Shown here: one piece after another, positions 25,678-38,700 of the stretch
Numbering within the stretch: position 1 is the first letter of the stretch
Layout: every line of letters starts with the position of its first letter
Assembly (NCBI RefSeq): GCF_030144855.1
Contig: NC_082712.1
Span: forward strand, 136,896,001-136,960,000
DNA: 64,000 nucleotides
Direction: 5' to 3'
From: Hypanus sabinus
Lineage: Eukaryota
Notes under the pieces: generated by a model
The model's database searches: none
Told to the model about the DNA's origin: nothing
Seen by the model: the letters and a program-made list of their open reading frames with translations, nothing else
Program-made: the position numbers and the translations under genes

Positions 25678-26490
25678 ATGGCTTCAAAACTTCCTAAATC
25701 TGGGGAAAAAGAAGTTTCTGTGACTGTCTCTGGGTCCTCTGCCGAGATTATCTCCATTATGGAACAGCACCGACAAGAGATTATATCTGAACATAAGTCT
25801 GAGTATAAGTCTTCTTACAGTTCGTTGGAGTCAAAATTTTATCAAATTAATTCCAAAGTGGAGGATCATGCCGAACAACTCTCTCATCTTAAGTCAGCTA
25901 CTGAAGATTTAAAATGTCATGTTCAGCAGCTGGAAGCCATCTGTTCCAATTTGAGTGAGCTTAACACCAAGTTAACATTCAAAATAACTGCTCTCAAAGG
26001 ACGGAGCAGACGTCATAATCTATGAATCCTTGGTCTGCCAGAGGCTATCAAAAGTGGATCTCTTGTTGTATTTTTTTCTTCTTTACTCTGTGAGATTTTT
26101 GGGAAGGATATTCTTCCGACCCCAGCCGAGTTAAACAGAGATCACCGTACATTTCTGGCCAAGCCCGAATTGGGCTCCAGGCCATGTCCAGTAATTCTGT
26201 GTTTTCACTGATATCAGGAGGAAAAGCTTTTGATCATGGAAGCACAACGGAGCGGAAAATCGGATTACAATGGTAATTTTATCTGTACTGTTGAGGATTA
26301 TGCTCCTCAAGTTCTGAAGCTGCATGCCGAGTATAAAGAAGTTATGAAAGAGTTTTACAATTGTGGATTCAGGCCCTCACTGCGTTATCCAGCCCATCTC
26401 CAATTAACTCTTCGTACTGGGCACAAAAAATGGTTTAATTAGGTTACAGAAGCTCAGAAATTTATCGAAAGTCTCCCTGCCATTTCAACT
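25678..26490 (+). pseudogene. L1 ORF1 of copy 2 (stop/frameshift disrupted)
   Basis: Coiled coil, GRSRRHNL, VEDYAPQV, RPSLRYPAHL. Confidence 0.85.
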
Positions 26491-29400
26491 CCATCAGACT
26501 TGGTCTGATTATTTAAAATAGCCGATAAGCACTTCTTCAAAAAAAAATTCATTCCTGTTTTTCTGTTTTCTTTTTGAATTACTGAATTTTTTTTTTCATG
26601 GTTTCTCACAGGTAGGCTACTCTGGACTATTACTTTGAGTTAATTTTAATACTTTTTGATGGAACTGTTTCTCTTTTAAATACAATTTTAATTCATAGTG
26701 CATAAGTTCTCTGCTTTTTGAATTGTTAATTAAACTGAGCTCACGATGATGTTATGAAACTGGAAGCTGGGTTTTGGGGTGTTTTTTTTCTCTGAGGAGC
26801 TTGCTGCTGTTCTTTGGTAGCTTTCTTTTTCTGGGATTTGAGGGGGGGGGGTGGTCTGCAGTGCGTACACCATACATTGAACCTTTAGTTACTCTTTGTT
26901 CCTCAGGACATTTTTTTGTCCTGATTCTCTTGCTTTATACTTGTGCCCCAGAGCTGTTATTTGAATGTTTGATCTTGTTTATGCCTACTAACCTTTAATG
27001 TTTTTTTTAAAATGATAATGCTTAGCCTTTTGAATCTTATAAGCTGGAATGTTAAGGGATTGAACCATCCTGTTAAATGAAGGAAGGTGTTTTCACATCT
27101 TAAGCATCTCAAAACCAGCACTGATTTTTTTTGCAAGAAACACATACTCATAGTTTTGATAACTCTTGTCTTATGTCAAGGTGGGTAGATCAGCACTTCC
27201 ATCTGCCTTCCCGGCTAAAGCCGGGGGTGGGGGGGTTCTCAATCCTTATTAATCAAAATGTTCCCTTTGAGCATCACAACAAAGTATCTGATACAAATGG
27301 TCTTTTTATTATTGTCTCTGGGAAGTTGTATAATACTAGGGTAGACTTGGCTAACCAGTATGCTCCCAATTTGGATGATGTGGACTTTTTTGGTTGTTTT
27401 TTTTTTCTCTTTATAGCCTGGCTTAAGTTTATATTCTCCTATATTGGGTGGTGATTTTAATTGTTGATTAGATCCAGTTTTGGATTGATCGTCCTCTGCT
27501 CCTAGACTACCTAGTAAATCTGCTTTGTCTGTTCACTCTTTTCTTTCTAATAATGCTATCACTGATGTGTGGCATTTTTTTCATCGTACTGAGAGAGATA
27601 ATTCTTTTCTTTCACATGTCCGTCATACTTTTACTAGAATTGATTATTTTTTAATGGATAACCAGCTGATTCCATCAATTCGCTCTTGTGATTATCAGAG
27701 TATATTGATTTCGGATCATGCCCCAGTTACCCTATCTATAAATTTTCCTGGTTTCCCTCAAATGAATAAACATTGGAGTTTTAACCCAATCATGTTGACG
27801 GATAATGATTTTGTAAAATTTATGAAGGACCAGATAACTTTTTTTTAAAAACACTAACATGTCATCTGAAATCTCATCCCAGGTTGTCTGGGATGCCATG
27901 AAAGCATATTTGAGGAGTCAAATAATTTTATATACTGCAAATCTGAAAAGAAACACCTATTTAGAGTGATTAGATTTGATCAATCAGATTAAAGCAACAG
28001 ACCAACTATATGCCTAGACAAAAAATGCCGAACTGCACAAGAAGTGAGTAGAACTTCAAACTAAGTTTGACCTCATGTCCGCTCAACCAGTTGAACATCA
28101 ATTTCTTGAAAGCAAGAGCTGATTTGATATTCATGGTGATAAATCCGGCAAGATTTTAGTCAACCAACTAAGACACTCTAAAGCTAAACAACAAATGACA
28201 AAACTTCTAATGGGAAATGGGAACATTACTTCGTATCATTCTGAAATTAATGACACATGTAAGAATTACTATTCTCGACTTTATACCTCTCCATCTTTAA
28301 ATTATAGCATCTCTGTTGAGCATTTATAAACAGTTTAAATATTCCTATGATTTCTTCCAATCTTAAAGGAAATCTCAATGAGCCATTATCACTAGAGGAA
28401 ATATCCTCTGCCACTTCGGCACTGCAGTCGGGTAAATCTGTTGGACCTGATGGGTTTTCTGCAGAAATTCATAGATTATTTTCCTCACTGCTTCTGTCTC
28501 AATTATTGTTAGTTCTATCTAATTCACACAAACATGGTAAATTGCCAGCAACATTTAATGCGACATAAGCATTCTTTTAGCCAAAAAAGCTAAAGACCCA
28601 ACAGAATGCTCTTCATATAGGCCAATTTCTTTGTTAAATGTCGATATTAATATTTTGGCTAAACGTTTGGCTTGTAGATCGGAGAATTTCTTTTTCTATT
28701 ATTTCTGAAGATCAAACTGGTTTTATTAAAAATCGCTTTCCCTTTTTTTAATATACAGCATTTATTTAATATCTTGTGTTCACCCTCAATTGGTACTCCT
28801 GAATGTGTTATTGCTCTTGAAGCAGAGAAAGTGTTCCATTATGTGGCATGGAATTACCTTTTTGAAGTTTTAGAAAAATTGGATTCTGGATGAGGTTTTA
28901 TTTCATGGATTAAATTGTTATATTCATGCCCCACCACTTCTGTTTTCACCAACTCTCAGCAATTCCTGTCTTTTACCCTTAAACATACCACCCGACAAGG
29001 ATGCCCTTTAAGTCCTTTACTTTTTGATCTGGCCATACAGCCACTCACAATCATGTTTTGTAGCTGTGCTGAATTGATGGGGATTTGGAGGGGAGGTGTT
29101 GAGCATAAAGTTTCTCTCTATGCTGATGATCTTTCACTTTTTATATCAATTTCATCTACTTCCTTACCCCCAATGGTTTTACTTAATCAATTTAGTCAGC
29201 TTTCCAGTTACAAACTTAACTTACAGAAGTGTAAACTCTTCCCAATCAACACTCCCTTTTAAAGTAATTAATAATCAATTCACTTACCTTGGTATTACAG
29301 TAACAAGGAACTTCAAGAATCATTTCTCAAGTAAATTTTGGTAATCTTTTAAATTCTATAAAACAGAGTTTGACACAGAGGTCACCCTTGTCCATGTCTC

Positions 29401-31178
29401 TGGTAGGTTGAATTAATGTTATTAAAATGTATATGCTTCTTAAATTTTTGTACTTGTTTCAATCTTTATCAATTTTTATTTCTAAAGCTTTTTTTTGGAT
29501 TTGTTAGATTCTATTATTTCCTCCTTTCTACAGAAGGGCAAATGTTCCAGACTTAATAAAGCTCACCTTCAAATAACTGGGAACGAAGGGTGGTATGGCC
29601 TTGCATAACTTTTGTTTATATTATTGGGCAGCCAATATTTGTTGTCTTACTTTTTGGTCCTTCTTTCATTGTCAGTCTGACTGCCCAAAATGGGTGGCAA
29701 TGGAATTGAACTCTTGTCAGGATCTCTCCATTCCTGCACTTCTTGGATCTGTACTTCCTTGTCACTTGCCTAGACTAATTGTTAATCCTCTTATTAGACA
29801 TACTCTGAGAATATGGGCTCAGTTCAGAAATATAATGGCCTTCATGGTTTCTCTCTCTCTAGTCCTATTTTACACAATCATCTTTTCCTACCTTCTATGT
29901 AAGTCTCAACATTTCATGATTGATACAGAAAGGGCATTAGGCGCTTTGAAGATCTTTTCATAGACAATCGTTTTGCAACTTTTCAACAACTGTCTGTAAA
30001 GTTTAAACTACCTAATACTCATTTCTTTAGATATCTTCAAATTGGTCATTTCATTAAACCTTTAATATCAAACTTTCCTGAGATGCCTGAGAAAATCGTT
30101 CTGGGCCTGTTTCTTTGTATTAATCCATTTGGGTAAAGGTTTAATATCTATTCATGATAAGTTAGTGATCTTGAGGCATGCCCCCTTTGATGAAATTAGA
30201 ACTCCCTGGGAGCATGATTTAAATATTTCTTTATCTAACGTGTTACGAATGAGGAGCAACTCTGATGGGCAGAAGGGTGCAAAGTCGCCCCCCCCCCCTT
30301 TTTGAGAATCACAAAAGTGCTATTATTTCGGGTCTGATACCCAGGAAATGAGAGAGATACACAACATGTCAGTAATGAGAGAGAGACAACACAGGGATAC
30401 ACAAAGGTGGAATGTCTCCTATTGACAAAGAGAGAGATTACTGCTATTGTCTCTTGGAGAAGGAATTGTGTATTGAGTACTGTTCTATTCACTGAAACCC
30501 CTCAGGGGGCAACCAGAGTGGTCTGGTTGATGTGTTGCATCATCCCAGCCTGATTGACATCCAAGACCCCGTGAGTGGGGATAAAAGTAGGGTCTGGGGA
30601 ACACCCCTCAGACACACCAGGAGAGACGCTATGAGACCGGTGCGGTCTTGTGTATGTGTCCACCCTTGCCTGGGTGATGAGTCCTCCACGGAAGGGTCTA
30701 GCTAAAGGATGGAGACAGATCAAGATTGTAAAAGGAAAGTCAGCAAGTTAATAGCTGTTATTCTCTCTCTCCAACAATTGCAACACCTTGAACAACAACT
30801 ACTGCAGCCTGCATGAACTGAACGGAGCTTTATATTTCCATCGGACAATTCATTATCCCCTAGACAATGATAGAGTTTATTTCTTATTGATTATTATTAT
30901 ACCCGCACTTTAGGTTTAGTATTGATGATGTATATTATCTGTATATTTGCATTGATATTATTTTTGTGTATTTTTACTAATAAATACTGTTAAAAATAGT
31001 ATCATCAGACTTCAATGGATCCTCCTATCTTTGCTGGTAAGACACCCAGTTACGGGGTTCGTAACAACTTAGGGCCTCATCTCGAGATTTGATATCAAAT
31101 TGGAGGGCCAGTAAATCGGGCTTTTATATCCAGACTTGGATCTGGTTGTGCGGGCAACCAGATGGGAAACCAGCAAAG

Positions 31179-32429
31179 ATGGACGTAGATGAATTTACAA
31201 AAAACCCGACTCCAGAGGTGCTAGAGGATGCCACAAAGTCAACCTTGGTAAATATTGCAAAAAGATTAAAACTCACAGAGGTGAAGTCGTCAATGAAAAA
31301 GTGGGACATACAGAGGGCCATAGCTCAGTATTATGTTAATAAGGAGGTGTTTTCGGCTGAGGTAGTGGAACCTACCCCTGAAAAGGTACCAGCTAGTGGG
31401 ATGGTTCAGTTACAGTTGGAAAAATTGAGGTTAGATGCAGAAGAAAAGCAGAGGGAGCATGAAATTAGGTTAAAACAGCTGGAAGCAGCTGAAAAGGAGA
31501 AAGAAAGAGCTGGAAAACAGAGGGATTATGAGGATAAGGAGAAACAGAGGCCGCATGAGCTGGACATGGAGAAGTTGAGGCAAGAGCGAAGAGCTCAACG
31601 GGCAGACAGGGAGGAGAGGTTTAATGTTAGTAGGGAGATTAGGTTAATCCCTCCGTTCGAAGAAACGGATGTTTTTAGTTATTTCTTGCATTTTGAAAAG
31701 GTGGCAGTGAATCAGAAGAGGCCCAGAGATCAGTGGGTGGCGTTGTTACAAAGTGTGTTAAAAGGGAAGGCACAATGGGCATATGCAGCGTTGTCTGTGG
31801 AGGAGGAGGAGTCTGAGAATTACGAGGAAGTAAAACAGGCCATTCTTCGGGCCTACGAATTGATACCTGAGGCCAATAAACAAAAGTTCAGAGATTTAAA
31901 GAAAGTGTGGAATCAGACATATGCAGAGTTTGCCTATGAGAAGGGTGTGCTCTTGGATCGTTGGTATGTGGCAGAAAGGGTGCAAGAGGATTTTTGGCAT
32001 TTCAGGGAGTTAATTCTGATTGAGGAATTTAAAGGGTGTGTTTCGTATGATATCCGGATGTATTTGAATGAGAAGCTGAATAAGTCCATATCTGAATTTG
32101 CCAGGTTCGCAGATGAATATGACCTAACCCATAAGACAAAGTTTTCCTTGAATAAGAGTTACCAGAAAGACAATAGGAACGGTAGAGAAAGCCCGTCAGC
32201 TGAGGCAGAAATTCAGCCGGGAGCTAATGGTAAAAGTAAGGAGGAACAAAGGCAAGATGGCAGGAGGGTTCCTGGCTTAACCTGTTTTAATTGTGGAAAG
32301 GTGGGTCATTTTGCATCTAAGTGCTTTGCTCCGAGGAAGGAGACAGGAAAAGGGAAAGCAGCAGTCCCTACAGGATGTATCGTGTCGATCAGCAAATTGA
32401 TGAGAAAGCCCCAGGTAGACAGAATATGA
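31179..32429 (+). CDS. Intact gag-like ORF of element A (coiled coil, SCAN-like domain, CCHC knuckle), 416 aa
   Basis: PPFEETDVFSYFLHFEKVA, LQSVLKGKAQ, LILIEEFKGCV, CFNCGKVGHFASKC. Confidence 0.88.
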   Translation: MDVDEFTKNPTPEVLEDATKSTLVNIAKRLKLTEVKSSMKKWDIQRAIAQYYVNKEVFSAEVVEPTPEKVPASGMVQLQLEKLRLDAEEKQREHEIRLKQLEAAEKEKERAGKQRDYEDKEKQRPHELDMEKLRQERRAQRADREERFNVSREIRLIPPFEETDVFSYFLHFEKVAVNQKRPRDQWVALLQSVLKGKAQWAYAALSVEEEESENYEEVKQAILRAYELIPEANKQKFRDLKKVWNQTYAEFAYEKGVLLDRWYVAERVQEDFWHFRELILIEEFKGCVSYDIRMYLNEKLNKSISEFARFADEYDLTHKTKFSLNKSYQKDNRNGRESPSAEAEIQPGANGKSKEEQRQDGRRVPGLTCFNCGKVGHFASKCFAPRKETGKGKAAVPTGCIVSISKLMRKPQVDRI

Positions 32430-34037
32430 GAGGGGCATGAGAAATTTATTTCAGAAGGGACCGTGTCTGTGAAAGACGGAGAAACACCAGTTCCAGTGTG
32501 GATCTGGAGAGATACTGGAGCTGAGCAATCATTGATTCTCAGTAAGCTACTAGATTTTGGTCCTGAGACTGGAGAGGTAGCTTTGAGAGGCATAGGAAAA
32601 GGGACAGAAGCTGTGCCTTTGCATAGAGTCATTATAAATTGTGATCTGGTATCTGGACCAGTTGAAATAGGGGTGCGATCAGGATTCCCGAGAGAAGGCG
32701 TGGACGTCCTTCTTGGTAACGATTTAGCAGGTGGTGAGGTTTGGTCAGCAATGAAGCTGATGAGCCAGCCTGTAAGTGTTGAGGACCCGCCCCTAGGTTC
32801 CAAGATCTATCCTGCATGCACGACCACTCGCAGCATGTCGAGAAAGGCAGCTGAGAAAGAGACCAGTTTAAATGAGTCCTGTATCGACCTGGCTGAGACA
32901 TTTTTTCTGACCCTGTACCAAGAGGGGTTAAAGGGTGGTAAAACAGAGGTGAAAGGGAGTAAAGGAAAGGAGGTAGACCTACCCTTAGCCAGGAGGAAAT
33001 TTGTAGAGGCATGGAGTAAAAATGAGAAACAGATAAGGCTGTTAGAAGGTCCAGGGTTGGACATGGATGATCTGTCTGGCTTGACGGAACTGCTGGAAGA
33101 AGTTGAAGAATTTAAATGTGTTCCCGATAATGAAATAAGGGCAGTCCTAGATGAAAGGGATGCCATTACCTTGAAGAAGTCTGCTGGGTTGGCAGATGAG
33201 GTTGTTTCAGCCCGCGGGGTTGAATTTACTCCGGAAGGGAGTTGCCCAGAGAGTAGCTGGGAGGATCAGGGGAATTTAGAATTTGGAAAGGGTATTGAAA
33301 GCCTGGAGGAGGCAGATGTCCTGTTTGAGTGTGTTCAAGATGTGGATGCACGTGGTACTGAACCTAGTAATGAAACTCAGGAAAAGTCTGAGGTATGTGA
33401 TTTGGTTGAAAAGGAACACAGTCCTTTTGGGTCAGATGGACTTGGTTCAGTGAAGAAAGGGTTAACCTTGGTACTAGTGGGAAGTGAGAATTCCCAGTTG
33501 TTTGTGTTAGAAGATGTGTTAAAAGTTAGTGAGGAGATAAAAGGTGGTGATGTGGATATTATTATTGAAGGAGAAGTGAAAAGTGTAGTTCCTAAATTGA
33601 ATGAAGAACATTTCAAGTCTGGATTTGTGTCAGAAGCAGTAACCAGGTTGAAGGAACAATGGCTTGTTAACAAGATGCCTGTGAATCAATTACAGGTTGA
33701 TTTGGAATGTAAAGGTACCCCACTCGCTGATGTTATTCAAGGGTGTGCTGTGAAGAGGCAGAATTTGAAATGTTGTTTGGACAAAGAGGGATCGCATGCA
33801 GATATTAACCTGAAATCTAATAGAATGAAGGGTCCTGAAGATAAAACTAATGACTTGCTTAAAAATAAAGAATTGTGTGGAAGTTCAGAAGATGGGCTAA
33901 GTTTGGAAAACATTGTTGATAAAATAACTCCTATGAAAGGAGCATGCAAAAGCCTATTCCACACTGGTGAGCAAACTAACCATGTGAGCGTTAAGTGGAA
34001 ACGGGGCGAAGGTTGTCAAAAATGCCACTTTAAATAA
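32430..34037 (+). CDS. Protease-containing ORF of element A, same frame as gag after one TGA
   Basis: RDTGAEQSLIL and VLLGNDL aspartic protease motifs, followed by a second degenerate gag/protease-like module. Confidence 0.75.
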   Translation, partial: EGHEKFISEGTVSVKDGETPVPVWIWRDTGAEQSLILSKLLDFGPETGEVALRGIGKGTEAVPLHRVIINCDLVSGPVEIGVRSGFPREGVDVLLGNDLAGGEVWSAMKLMSQPVSVEDPPLGSKIYPACTTTRSMSRKAAEKETSLNESCIDLAETFFLTLYQEGLKGGKTEVKGSKGKEVDLPLARRKFVEAWSKNEKQIRLLEGPGLDMDDLSGLTELLEEVEEFKCVPDNEIRAVLDERDAITLKKSAGLADEVVSARGVEFTPEGSCPESSWEDQGNLEFGKGIESLEEADVLFECVQDVDARGTEPSNETQEKSEVCDLVEKEHSPFGSDGLGSVKKGLTLVLVGSENSQLFVLEDVLKVSEEIKGGDVDIIIEGEVKSVVPKLNEEHFKSGFVSEAVTRLKEQWLVNKMPVNQLQVDLECKGTPLADVIQGCAVKRQNLKCCLDKEGSHADINLKSNRMKGPEDKTNDLLKNKELCGSSEDGLSLENIVDKITPMKGACKSLFHTGEQTNHVSVKWKRGEGCQKCHFK

Positions 34038-35715
34038 CAGAATCTGGTTTTGATGGATTTTGACAAAGCATGTAAATAATAAAGACAACACCATGGAAGA
34101 TAGACTGTTAAGTTTAAAAGTAAAATAAAGATTAGTATTTGCATAAACTTTTGTAATGTACTACAGAATAATCACACATGTATTGGTTCACATTTTGTAT
34201 TATATACTTAAGATCACAACTTTTTAGTTTTGTTTTGCTGAAGAAAAGGAACAAAAATAGGTGGTTATTAAATTGGAGTCTGATGCTACAGGAATTTATT
34301 AAGGTACGAGATATTAAGCTATTAAAGGAAGTGACAACGTAATCGCTAACTATCTAGATGCTGAATTGAATGTATAATTGTATTACTCTGTAGGGAAAAA
34401 TTCTTTTGTATTGTGTTAGATTCTGAAATTCTGTAAGACTCTGTAGTAGTTAATTTTTCCCTGTGGTAAAAATTCTTAGAAGGATGGGGGTGTTATGAAT
34501 GAGGAGCAACTCTGATGGGCAGAAGGGTGCAAAGTTGTCCCCCCCCACCTTTTTGAGAATCGCAAAATCGCTATTATTTCGGGTCTGATACCGAGGAAAT
34601 GAGAGAGGGATACACAGCATGTCAGTAATGAGAGAGAGACAACGCAGGGATACACAAAGGTGGAATGTCTCCTATTGACAAAGAGAGAGATTACTGCTAT
34701 TGTCTCTTGGAGAAGGAATTGTGTATTGAGTACTGTTCTATTCACTGAAACCCCTCAGGGGGCAACCAGAGTGGTCTGGTTGATGTGTTGCATCATCCCA
34801 GCCTGATTGACATCTGAGACCCCGTGAGTGGGGATAAAAGTAGGGTCTGGGGAACACCCCTCAGACGCACCAGGAGAGACGCTATGAGACCGGTGGGGGC
34901 TTGTGTGTGTGTCCACCCTTGCCTGGGTGATGAGTCCTCCACGGAAGGGTCTAGCTAAAGGACGGAGATGGATCAAGATCGTAAAAGGAAAGTCAGCAAG
35001 TTAATAGCTGTTATTCTCTCTCTCCAACAATTGCAACACCGCGAACAACAACTACTGCAGCCTGCATGAACTGAACGGAACTTTATATTTTCATTGGACG
35101 ATTCATTATCCCCTAGACAACGATAGAGTTTATTTCTTATTGATTTTTATTATACCTGCACTTTAGGTTTAGTATTGATGACGTATATTATCTGTATATT
35201 TGCATTGATATTATTTTTGTGTACTTTTACTAATAGATACTGTTAAAAATAGTATTATTAGACTTCAACGGATACTCCTATCTTTGCTGGTAAGATACCC
35301 AGTTACGGGGTTCGTAACAAACGCGGTTTGTGATTCACTTCTGAAGTCAATTAACTCAACCTCTTTATGTGCTCACCACTGCCTTTTGCAGTTTAAGGTT
35401 GTACATTGGGCTCATATGTCTAAAACTAAATTATCGCCGTTTTATCCTGACAATAGTCCCCTTTGTGACCAGTGTAATGGGAGTGAGGCTTCGCTTATTA
35501 TTATGTACTGGGCTTGTCCTAGTCTAGAGAAATTCTGGAGAGAAGTTTTTTTAACTTTATCCCATATTCTTAATTACCACTTAGAACCTAACCCTCTGAT
35601 TGCTCATTTTGGCACCTTGGGTGATGTAGAAATGCATTTGAGTCCAACTAAACATCAAAAATTATCTTTTGCCTCTCTTTTATTTTGACAGTTAGTTCTT
35701 CCCAGGTGAAAAGAT

Positions 35716-38700
35716 ATAACCATATAATCATATAACAATTACAGCACGAAAACAGGACAACTCGGCCCTTCTAGTCCGTGCTGAACGCTTATTCTCACCT
35801 AATCCCACTGACCCGCACTCAGCCACTCCTTTCCTGTCCATATGCCTATCCAATTTTGCTTTAATTGACAATACCGAACCTACCTCTACCACTTCTACTG
35901 GAAGCTCATTCCACACAGCTACCACTCTCTGAGTAAAGAAATTCCCCCCTCATGTTATCTTTAAACTTTTGCCCCCTAAGTCTCCTCATGTCCTCTTGTT
36001 TGAATCTCTCCTACTCTCAATGGAAAAAGCTTATCCACGTCAACTTTATTTATCCCCCTCATAATTTTAAAACCTCTATCAAGTCCCCCCTCATCCTTCT
36101 ATGCTCCAAAGAATAAAGACCTAACTTGTTCAGCCTTTCCCTGTAACTTAGGTGCTGAAACCCAGGTAACACTCTAGTAAATCTTCTCTGTATTGTCTCT
36201 ATTTTGTTGACATCTTTCCTATAATTTGATAACCAGAACTCCACACAATACTCCAAATTCGGCCTTACCAATGCCTTGTACAATTTTAACATTCTATCCC
36301 AACTCCTATACTCAATGCTCTGATTTATAAAGGCCAACATACCAAAAGCTTTCTTCACCACCCTATCCACATGAGATTCCACCTTCAGGGAACTATGCAC
36401 CATTATTCCTAGATCACTCTGTTCTGCATTCCTCAATGCCCTACCATTTACCATGTATGTCCTATTTGGATTATTCCTACCAAAATGTAGCACCTCACAC
36501 TTATCAGCATTAAACTCAATTGTCATCGCTCAGCCCATTCTTCTAACTGGCCTAAATCTCTCTGCAAACTTTGAAAACCTACTTCATTATCCACAATGCC
36601 ACTTTAGTATCATCTGCATACTTACCAATCCAATTTATCACCCCATCATCCAGATCATTAATGTATATGACAAACAACATTGGACCCAGTACAGATCCCT
36701 GAGGCACACCACTAGTCACCGGCCTCCAACCTGACAATTATCCACCACTACTCTCTGGCATATCCCATCCAGCCACTGTTGAATCCATTTTACTACTTCA
36801 ATATTAATACCTAACGATTGAACCTTCCTAACTGACCTTCCGTGTGGAATCTTGTCAAAGGCCTTACTGAAGTCCATATAGACAACATCCACTATTTTAC
36901 CCTCATCAACTTTCTTCATAACCTCTTCAAAAAATTCAGCAAGATTTGTCAAACATGTTCTTCAACGCACAAATCCATGTTGACTGTTCCTAATCAGACC
37001 CTGTCTAACCAGATAATTATATATACCATCTCTAAGAATACTTTCCATTAATTTACCCACCACTGACGTCAAACTGATAGGACTATAATTGCTAGGTTTA
37101 CTCTTAGAACCCTTTTTAAACAATGGAACCACATGAGCAATACGTCAATCCTCCAGCACCATCCCCATTTCTAATGACATTTGAAATATTTCTGTCAGAG
37201 CCCCTGCTATTTCTACACTAACCTCCCTCAAGGTCATAGGGAATATCTTGATAGGACCTGGAGATTTATCCACTTTTATATTCCTTAAAAGCGCCAGCAC
37301 TTCATCCTCTTTAATTGTCATAGTTTCCATAACTCTCCTACTTGTTTCCCTTATTTTACACAATTCAAAATCCTTCTCCTTAGTGAATACTGAAGAAAAG
37401 AAATTGCTCAAAATCTCCCTCATCTCTTTCGGCTCCATACATAGCTGTCCACTCTGATTCTCTAAGGGACCAATTTTATCCCTCACTATCCTTTTGCTAT
37501 TAATATAAATGTAGAAACCCTTCGGATTTATTTTTACCTTACTTGCCAAAGCAACCTCATATCTTCTTTTAGCTTTTCTAATTTATTTCTTAAGATTCTT
37601 CTTACATTCTTTATATTCCTCAAGCACCTCATTTACTCCATGCTGTCTATATTTTTTGTAGATCTCTCTATTTCCTAACCAAGTTTCCAATATCCCTTGA
37701 AAACCATGGCTCACTTAAACTTTTAACCTTTCCTTTCAACCTAACAGGAACATAAAGATTCCGTACCCTCAAAATTTCATCTTTAAATGACCTCCATTTC
37801 TCGATTACTTCCTTCCCATAAAACAAATTGTCCCAATCCACTCCTTCTAAATCCTTTTGCATCTCCTTAGAGTTAGCCTTTCTCCAATCAAAAATCTCAA
37901 CCCTGGGTCCAGTCCTATCCTTCTCCATAATTATATTGAAACTAAAGGCATTGTGATCACTGGACCCAAAGTGCTCCCCAACACATACCTCCGTCACCTG
38001 ACCTATTTCATTCCCTAACAGAATATCCAACACTGCCCCTTCTCTAGTTGGTACCTCTATGTATTGTTGCAAAAAACTATCCTGCACACATTTTACAAAC
38101 TCCAAACCTTCCATCTCTTTTACAGTATGGGCTTCCCAGTCTATGTGTGGAAAATTAACATCTCCCACAATCACAACCCTGTGCTTCCTACAAATATCTG
38201 CTATCTCCTTGCAAATTTGCTCCTCCAATTCTCGCTCCCATTAGTTGGTCTATAATACACCCCTATGTGATACTACCCTTTCCCATTCCTCAATTCCACC
38301 AAAATAGTCTCCCTAGATGACCCCGCTAATCTATCCTGCCACAGCACTGCTGTAATATTTTCTCTGACAAGCAACGCAACACCTCCCCCTCTTGTCCCTC
38401 CGATTCTATCACACCTGAAGCAACAAAATCCAGGAATATTTAGTTGCCAATCACACCCCTCCTGCAGCCATGTTTCACTAATAGCGATAACATCATATTT
38501 CCAGGTATCAATCCATGCTCTAAGTTCATCCATCTTTCTTACAATGCTCCTAGCTTTAAAATAAATGCATTTAAGAAATTCTCCACCTCTTCCTCTCTGT
38601 TTATGTCTAACAGTACAAAGAAATTTACTGTCTTCTTTTTCTTTCTTCTCCCATACATCTGTTCCTACATTCTGGTTTCCCTCCCCCCTCATATCTAGTT

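Larger units (their letters stand above)
30241..35319 (+). mobile_element. Element A: two-LTR non-autonomous Gmr1-like Gypsy element (LTRs 30241-31066 and 34491-35319)
   Basis: Near-identical LTRs with TG...CA ends, 4-bp TSD aacg/aacg, degenerate PBS after 31066, PPT agaaggatggggg; no RT or integrase in the interior. Confidence 0.95.

Noticed and set aside
30235-34976. Duplicated antisense ORFs (30235-30723 and 34476-34976) as a gene pair
   Set aside because: They are simply the two LTR copies
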